Origin: an uncultured Phycisphaerales bacterium
GTDB lineage: Bacteria; Planctomycetota; Phycisphaerae; Tepidisphaerales; Tepidisphaeraceae
Reading direction: 5' to 3'
Length of the DNA stretch: 64,000 nucleotides
Assembly: GCA_963758525.1 (NCBI GenBank)
Contig: CAVWVQ010000003.1
Coordinates: forward strand, 1,088,001 to 1,152,000
Part shown: positions 59,761-64,000 of the stretch, piece by piece
Layout: the number at the start of each line of letters is the position of its first letter
Numbering within the stretch: the stretch's first letter is position 1
Position numbers and translations under genes: made by a program
Notes under the pieces: generated by a model
Database searches by the model: none
Told to the model about the DNA's origin: nothing
What the model saw: only the letters and a program-made list of their open reading frames with translations

Positions 59761-59887
59761 GAAGCACTTCGTTGCGTCAGCCACGAAAGGGAAAGGTGTG
59801 GCGCGGCGTCAATGTCAACTATTCGATTGTTGACTCAAGAACGAACCCCGGACCGGGACGACGCGACGAATCCGTCGACCGGCTCGT

Positions 59888-59927
59888 GCCAATCAGTGCC
59901 GGCTCCTTTCCTCCGGCACTGATTGGC
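59888..59927 (+). other. Perfect 15-bp stem-loop in the urtA leader
   Basis: GCCAATCAGTGCCGG-N10-CCGGCACTGATTGGC. Confidence 0.7.
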
Positions 59928-59973
59928 GATTGCGCGTCTACAAATCGTGTTGCAACACACGGGAGAAGGTTTC

Positions 59974-61251
59974 ATGCGTAAATTGATTGGAAGTGTTTGT
60001 TCGGTGGTTCTCGGCGCGGTTCTAGCGGCGCCGACGGCAGCTCGTGCCGACGACACCGTGAAGATCGGTATCCTCCACTCGCTCTCCGGAACCATGGCGA
60101 TTTCCGAAACCTCGCTGCGAGACGTCGTTCTCATGGCGGTTGAAGAAATCAATGCCAGCGGCGGCGTGATGGGCAAGCAGATTGAGCCGGTGGTCGTCGA
60201 TCCGGCCTCCAACTGGCCCCTCTTCGCGGAAAAGGCCAAACAACTGATCGTGCAGGACAAGGTCGCAGTCACATTCGGTTGCTGGACATCGGTCAGCCGA
60301 AAGTCGGCCCTTCCGGTCTTTGAAGCCAAGTACACGGCCGAGGAAAATCCCTACGGCGGCGGTCTGCTGTTTTACCCCGTGCAATATGAGGGCGAGGAGC
60401 AGAGTCACAACGTCTTCTACACCGGCGCTTCGCCCAACGAGCAGTTGATTCCTGCTGCCGAATACATGATGTCCAAGGACGGCGGATCCAAGACCAAGTT
60501 CTACCTGCTTGGGACGGACTACGTCTTCCCGCGCACGGCCAACAAGGTGCTCAAGGCGTTTCTGCTGAGCAAGGGCGTGCCGGAATCGAGCATCGCCGAG
60601 GAATACACTCCCTTCGGTCACAGCGACTACCAGACGATCGTCGGCAAGATCAAGGACTTCGCCAAGGACGGCAACGCCTGCGTCCTTTCGACCATCAACG
60701 GCGACAGCAACGTCCCCTTTTACAAGGAATTCGCCAATCAGGGTCTGACGGCCGACAAGTGCCCGGTCATGGCGTTCTCCGTGGCTGAAGACGAACTCCG
60801 CTCGATGGAAACCGAAAAGCTCGTCGGGCATCTGGCCGCCTGGAATTACTTCCAGTCGATCGATACCCCCGAAAACAAGAAGTTCGTCGCGGCGTTCAAG
60901 GCCTACTGCAAGAGCCACAAGCTCCCCGGCGGCGAGAACCGCGTGACGGACGATCCGATCGAAGCCGCCTACTTCGGCGTCTATGTCTGGAAGAAGGCAG
61001 TCGAGAAGGCCGGCAGCTTTGACATCGAGAAGGTGATCCCCGCGGTGCTCGGCATGGAGTTCGATGCCCCCGGCGGGAAGAAGAAGATGGACTCGCTGAA
61101 CCACCACACCTGGAAGCCGGTGTTGATCGGCTCAATCCGCGCCGACGGGCAGTTTGACATCATCTCGCAGACGCCGCTGGTGCATCCGGATTCGTTCAGC
61201 ACGTATCTCCATACGCCTGCTGAGATCAAGAAGCTGACCGGCGCGGAATAG
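59974..61251 (+). CDS. urtA: Urea ABC transporter substrate-binding protein
   Basis: [61 protein letters not shown]. Confidence 0.95.
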   Translation: MRKLIGSVCSVVLGAVLAAPTAARADDTVKIGILHSLSGTMAISETSLRDVVLMAVEEINASGGVMGKQIEPVVVDPASNWPLFAEKAKQLIVQDKVAVTFGCWTSVSRKSALPVFEAKYTAEENPYGGGLLFYPVQYEGEEQSHNVFYTGASPNEQLIPAAEYMMSKDGGSKTKFYLLGTDYVFPRTANKVLKAFLLSKGVPESSIAEEYTPFGHSDYQTIVGKIKDFAKDGNACVLSTINGDSNVPFYKEFANQGLTADKCPVMAFSVAEDELRSMETEKLVGHLAAWNYFQSIDTPENKKFVAAFKAYCKSHKLPGGENRVTDDPIEAAYFGVYVWKKAVEKAGSFDIEKVIPAVLGMEFDAPGGKKKMDSLNHHTWKPVLIGSIRADGQFDIISQTPLVHPDSFSTYLHTPAEIKKLTGAE

Positions 61252-61272
61252 CGCATGTTCGGGAAGAATCTG

Positions 61273-61308
61273 CTCGGCGGTCGGCGCGATCACGCGCCGG
61301 CCGTCGAG
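61273..61308 (+). other. Stem-loop after urtA
   Basis: CTCGGCGGTCGGCGCG-ATCA-CGCGCCGGCCGTCGAG. Confidence 0.55.
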
Positions 61309-61356
61309 TTCGGGAATACGGGTTTCGGATCATATCTATCTCCAGGAGAGTCTCGA

Positions 61357-61803
61357 ATGAATCGCACGCTTGCCTCTATTGTTTCCGCCTCGCTCTTCGT
61401 CGTGGGCTGCCAGTCGGGAGTCTCGCCCAGCACGATGCCGTCCACTCCGACGACGGTGCCGATGGCCCAGGCTCCGGTGACGCCGCCTCCGTCGCCCGGA
61501 CCCGCGCCCGCCGCTCCCGCGCCGACGCCTCCTGCGCCGACGGTGACGGCCGGGCAGGCAACGCCGCCCCCGCCGGTCGTCGCGCCGACGCTCCCGCCTG
61601 AAAAGGACATGACGCATTCGTTCACCAAGGACACCCCCTATTTCGCGACCAAGCCCGGCGCCGGCGCCACTCCCGCCGGAACGTTCAAGGCGGGCACCAA
61701 GGTCATCGTGCTGATCCCCGGCGCACCCTATGCGAAAGTTCTGTCGCTAGATGGAGTGACCGCTTACGCCAGCATCGACAACCTCGAACCGCTCGGGAAA
61801 TGA
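61357..61803 (+). CDS. Pro-rich lipoprotein with small C-terminal beta (SH3-like) domain
   Basis: AGGAG RBS, lipobox VVGC, Pro/Ala/Thr linker, GTFKAGTKVIVL...YAKV...GVTAYA. Confidence 0.7.
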   Translation: MNRTLASIVSASLFVVGCQSGVSPSTMPSTPTTVPMAQAPVTPPPSPGPAPAAPAPTPPAPTVTAGQATPPPPVVAPTLPPEKDMTHSFTKDTPYFATKPGAGATPAGTFKAGTKVIVLIPGAPYAKVLSLDGVTAYASIDNLEPLGK

Positions 61804-61815
61804 ATGGTCCGCCCC

Positions 61816-61922
61816 GTGGCATGGGCGTCCCGCCCATGCGGACGACAGGAGAGAAGGTGAACCGCGGATACTGGTAGCTCCCCTGAATTGATGCGTCACC
61901 AGCACGGCGGACGCCCGTGCCA
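61816..61922. repeat. REP doublet (GCATGGGCGTCCCGCCCATGC family)
   Basis: GTGGCATGGGCGTCCCGCCCATGC...GCACGGCGGACGCCCGTGCCA. Confidence 0.75.
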
Positions 61923-61975
61923 AGGGGAAGCAACACCAGATCGAGGCGTTCTCTTCGCGTGAAAGAGGTCTTTGT

Positions 61976-64000
61976 TTGATCCGACGTAGCCTGCCAATCG
62001 TGATGTGTTCGCTGATTCTGTCGTTGTGCACGCCGGCAGTGCGCGCCGACACGCCCGCGACCGCACCGGCAAATGAGATCGAACAGGCGCTGAAAAGTCT
62101 CAAAACCGCGGACAAGGCAGGACGTGCCAGGATCTATGAACTGCTCACCGACAAGGGCGACGCCAGCCTCATTCCGGCACTGAATGCATACAAGAATGGC
62201 TCCCTCCAAATCACTGACAAGGGAGAGCTGGCGATCTACGGAGACCGCATCACCCTGCCAGATCTGGGCTCGGTGCTGCCGCTGGTCGACGCGCTGACGC
62301 AAAAGCCGGTTCTGGGGGATGACGGCAAACCCATTTATGCCGCGAAGCCCGATCTCTCCCATGCGATGCGCGCTCCGCCTCGGATGGAGCGGAATACCAT
62401 CAATGATCTGGTGACGTCTCTGTCGCTTCTGGATCCCAATCCGGTTGCAAGACTGCAGAGCATTCGCGATGTCTCGGAGCTGGCCAATCGCGTCTTCATC
62501 GACGAAGCCGATCAGCAGCGATTTTCTGACACGCTCAAGAATTGCTCCGACGCGTTAAAGCCGGCCGCCGCATCCGCACCGGCCGGACTAGCCGACGCGG
62601 AACACAACGCCATCACCGCGCTGGACGCCGCCGTGAACGAAAAGCAGGCAGATCTGCTGTCAACCGCCCCCAGCGCCAGCACCACCACCGCCGCGAAAAT
62701 TGCCCTGGTGCAACTGGCGGCCAAATTGAAGGAGGCCAACGCCTCGCCCGATCTGGCGGCGATTGTCACGACGACCGCCAATGCCGCGGCTGCATTTTCC
62801 GATCGTCTCGATCAGGAAGACAAAACCACCGATCAACTGAAAAAATACGGCGTCGCGCTGAAGCGGCAGCTCGATAAGGATCCGACCGGCCAATACTCCA
62901 AGGCCATCACCGAGGCCCTGGCCTGCATCAACGTCGGGATCGGCAATCACGACGAACGCCTCGCCGCCGCCAAAACCCTCGGCGATCTCGACACCAGCCG
63001 GGCGGCAAACGTGCTGGATAAAGTGGTTGCCTCGGCCCATCGCTGCGGCGATACCGATCTGGAAAAGGTCGCACAGAAATCCCTGGACGCGGCTCAGTCG
63101 TATCAGGGGCGCGTTCGCTTCGTCGAAAACACGTTTGCCGGACTCTCCGCCGCCAGCATCCTGATTTTGCTGGCGCTGGGCCTCTCCATCATTTTCGGAT
63201 TGATGGGCGTCATCAACATGGCTCACGGAGAGTTCATGATGGTGGGCGCGTTCACCACCTACCTGGTGAGCGAAGCCTTCAAGCGATGGCTCCCCGATGG
63301 TGCGTACAGCTATTACCTGATCGCCGCGGTTCCCGCCGCCTTTGCCGTCGCGGGCTTCATGGGCTTTGTCGTGGAGATGCTGGTGATCCGCCATCTTTAC
63401 GGCCGACCGCTGGATTCCCTGCTGGCAACCTGGGGCGTCGGGCTCGCGCTGATCTGGCTCGCCCGAAGGGAGTTCGGCGATACCCTCTCCGTCACTCCGC
63501 CGCGCTGGATGGAAGGCGGAGTTGAAGTCGCTCCCGACATGACGTTCCCGCTCAATCGCGTCTACATCATTGTTTTCTGCGTCATCTGCATTGTCACCGT
63601 CTACCTGCTGGTGAATCGCACAAAACTCGGCCTGCTGTTGCGTGCCACAACCCAAAACCGGGACATGGCCGCCGCTCTGGGAATTCCCACCCGCCGCGTC
63701 GACGGACTGACCTTCGCATTCGGCGCGGGCCTGGCGGGGCTGGCCGGCGTCGTCGTGCCGCTCTACAACAAGATCAATCCCAACATCGGACAGGAATACA
63801 TCGTCGACAGCTTCATGGTGGTCGTCACCGGCGGCGTCGGAAAGCTGGCCGGCGTCATCTGGGCGGGACTTGGGCTGGGGTTCCTCAACAAATATCTCGA
63901 AGCGCTGCTGGGGAACATTCCCGCACTCGCATCGGGCGCTTCAGTTGTCGGCAAAGTGATCGTGCTGATCTGCATTGTGATCTTCCTCCAATGGCGGCCG
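61976..64000 (+). CDS. urtB: Urea ABC transporter permease with long N-terminal periplasmic helical domain (3'-partial)
   Basis: TTG 61976 after GAAAGAGG is in the same frame as LALGLSIIFGLMGVINMAHGEFMMVGA, LYGRPLDSLLATWG, YIVDSFMVVVTGG and the final FLQWRP. Confidence 0.9.
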   Translation, partial: MIRRSLPIVMCSLILSLCTPAVRADTPATAPANEIEQALKSLKTADKAGRARIYELLTDKGDASLIPALNAYKNGSLQITDKGELAIYGDRITLPDLGSVLPLVDALTQKPVLGDDGKPIYAAKPDLSHAMRAPPRMERNTINDLVTSLSLLDPNPVARLQSIRDVSELANRVFIDEADQQRFSDTLKNCSDALKPAAASAPAGLADAEHNAITALDAAVNEKQADLLSTAPSASTTTAAKIALVQLAAKLKEANASPDLAAIVTTTANAAAAFSDRLDQEDKTTDQLKKYGVALKRQLDKDPTGQYSKAITEALACINVGIGNHDERLAAAKTLGDLDTSRAANVLDKVVASAHRCGDTDLEKVAQKSLDAAQSYQGRVRFVENTFAGLSAASILILLALGLSIIFGLMGVINMAHGEFMMVGAFTTYLVSEAFKRWLPDGAYSYYLIAAVPAAFAVAGFMGFVVEMLVIRHLYGRPLDSLLATWGVGLALIWLARREFGDTLSVTPPRWMEGGVEVAPDMTFPLNRVYIIVFCVICIVTVYLLVNRTKLGLLLRATTQNRDMAAALGIPTRRVDGLTFAFGAGLAGLAGVVVPLYNKINPNIGQEYIVDSFMVVVTGGVGKLAGVIWAGLGLGFLNKYLEALLGNIPALASGASVVGKVIVLICIVIFLQWRP

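Noticed and set aside
59850..59885. Guanidine-II (mini-ykkC) riboswitch suggested by ACGA words upstream of urtA
   Set aside because: The ACGA sequences are not closed by paired stems; I also saw no guanidine-I consensus upstream of atzF or the transporters.
23679..63655. Long antisense ORFs (e.g. 23679..25190, 30171..31562, 46629..48011, 54327..55655, 60022..61107, 62660..63655)
   Set aside because: Shadow ORFs opposite well-supported genes, as expected from high-GC codon bias.
1..64000. rRNA, tRNA, prophage, integrase or reverse transcriptase genes
   Set aside because: None recognised by eye; tRNAscan-SE and Rfam scans would be needed to exclude small RNAs.

Overview
High-GC (~60-65% by eye) bacterial window, most likely Planctomycetota. 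Two secreted proteins carry the planctomycete-type N-terminal ExLExRxL motif; Phycisphaerae/Tepidisphaerales is an inference. It has four blocks. (1) 1-16 kb is an accessory region: a RAYT transposase with debris of a second copy, intact and decayed toxin-antitoxin modules, a DUF559 nuclease gene bracketed by inverted REP palindromes, and a minus-strand island headed by a damaged WYL regulator. A CGGACA-N5-TGTCCG palindrome sits upstream of the WYL gene and upstream of a probable operon encoding an unannotated 46-aa protein, a Zn-ribbon/RNAP-alpha-CTD-like protein, a membrane-anchored protein and a metallophosphoesterase. (2) 17-36 kb holds a Wzc/Wzx/Wzy exopolysaccharide cluster plus GH16, GH43, GH114, GH1-like, a GH1-GT fusion and a eukaryote-type UDP-galactopyranose-mutase-like gene. 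(3) 36-41 kb holds an SDR, a K+ channel-family gene, an RHH-GNAT-HTH triplet and a GT2. (4) 41-64 kb is a nitrogen-scavenging cluster: atzF, a CHASE hybrid kinase, a sigma54 activator, an outer-membrane channel, a BMP-type ABC transporter, biuH, a cupin, ureE, plant-like ureF/ureG and urtAB. It has two sigma54 promoters and many palindromic repeat families. About nine small frameshifts in otherwise intact genes look like long-read consensus errors. All calls come from motif recognition by eye; no database searches were run.
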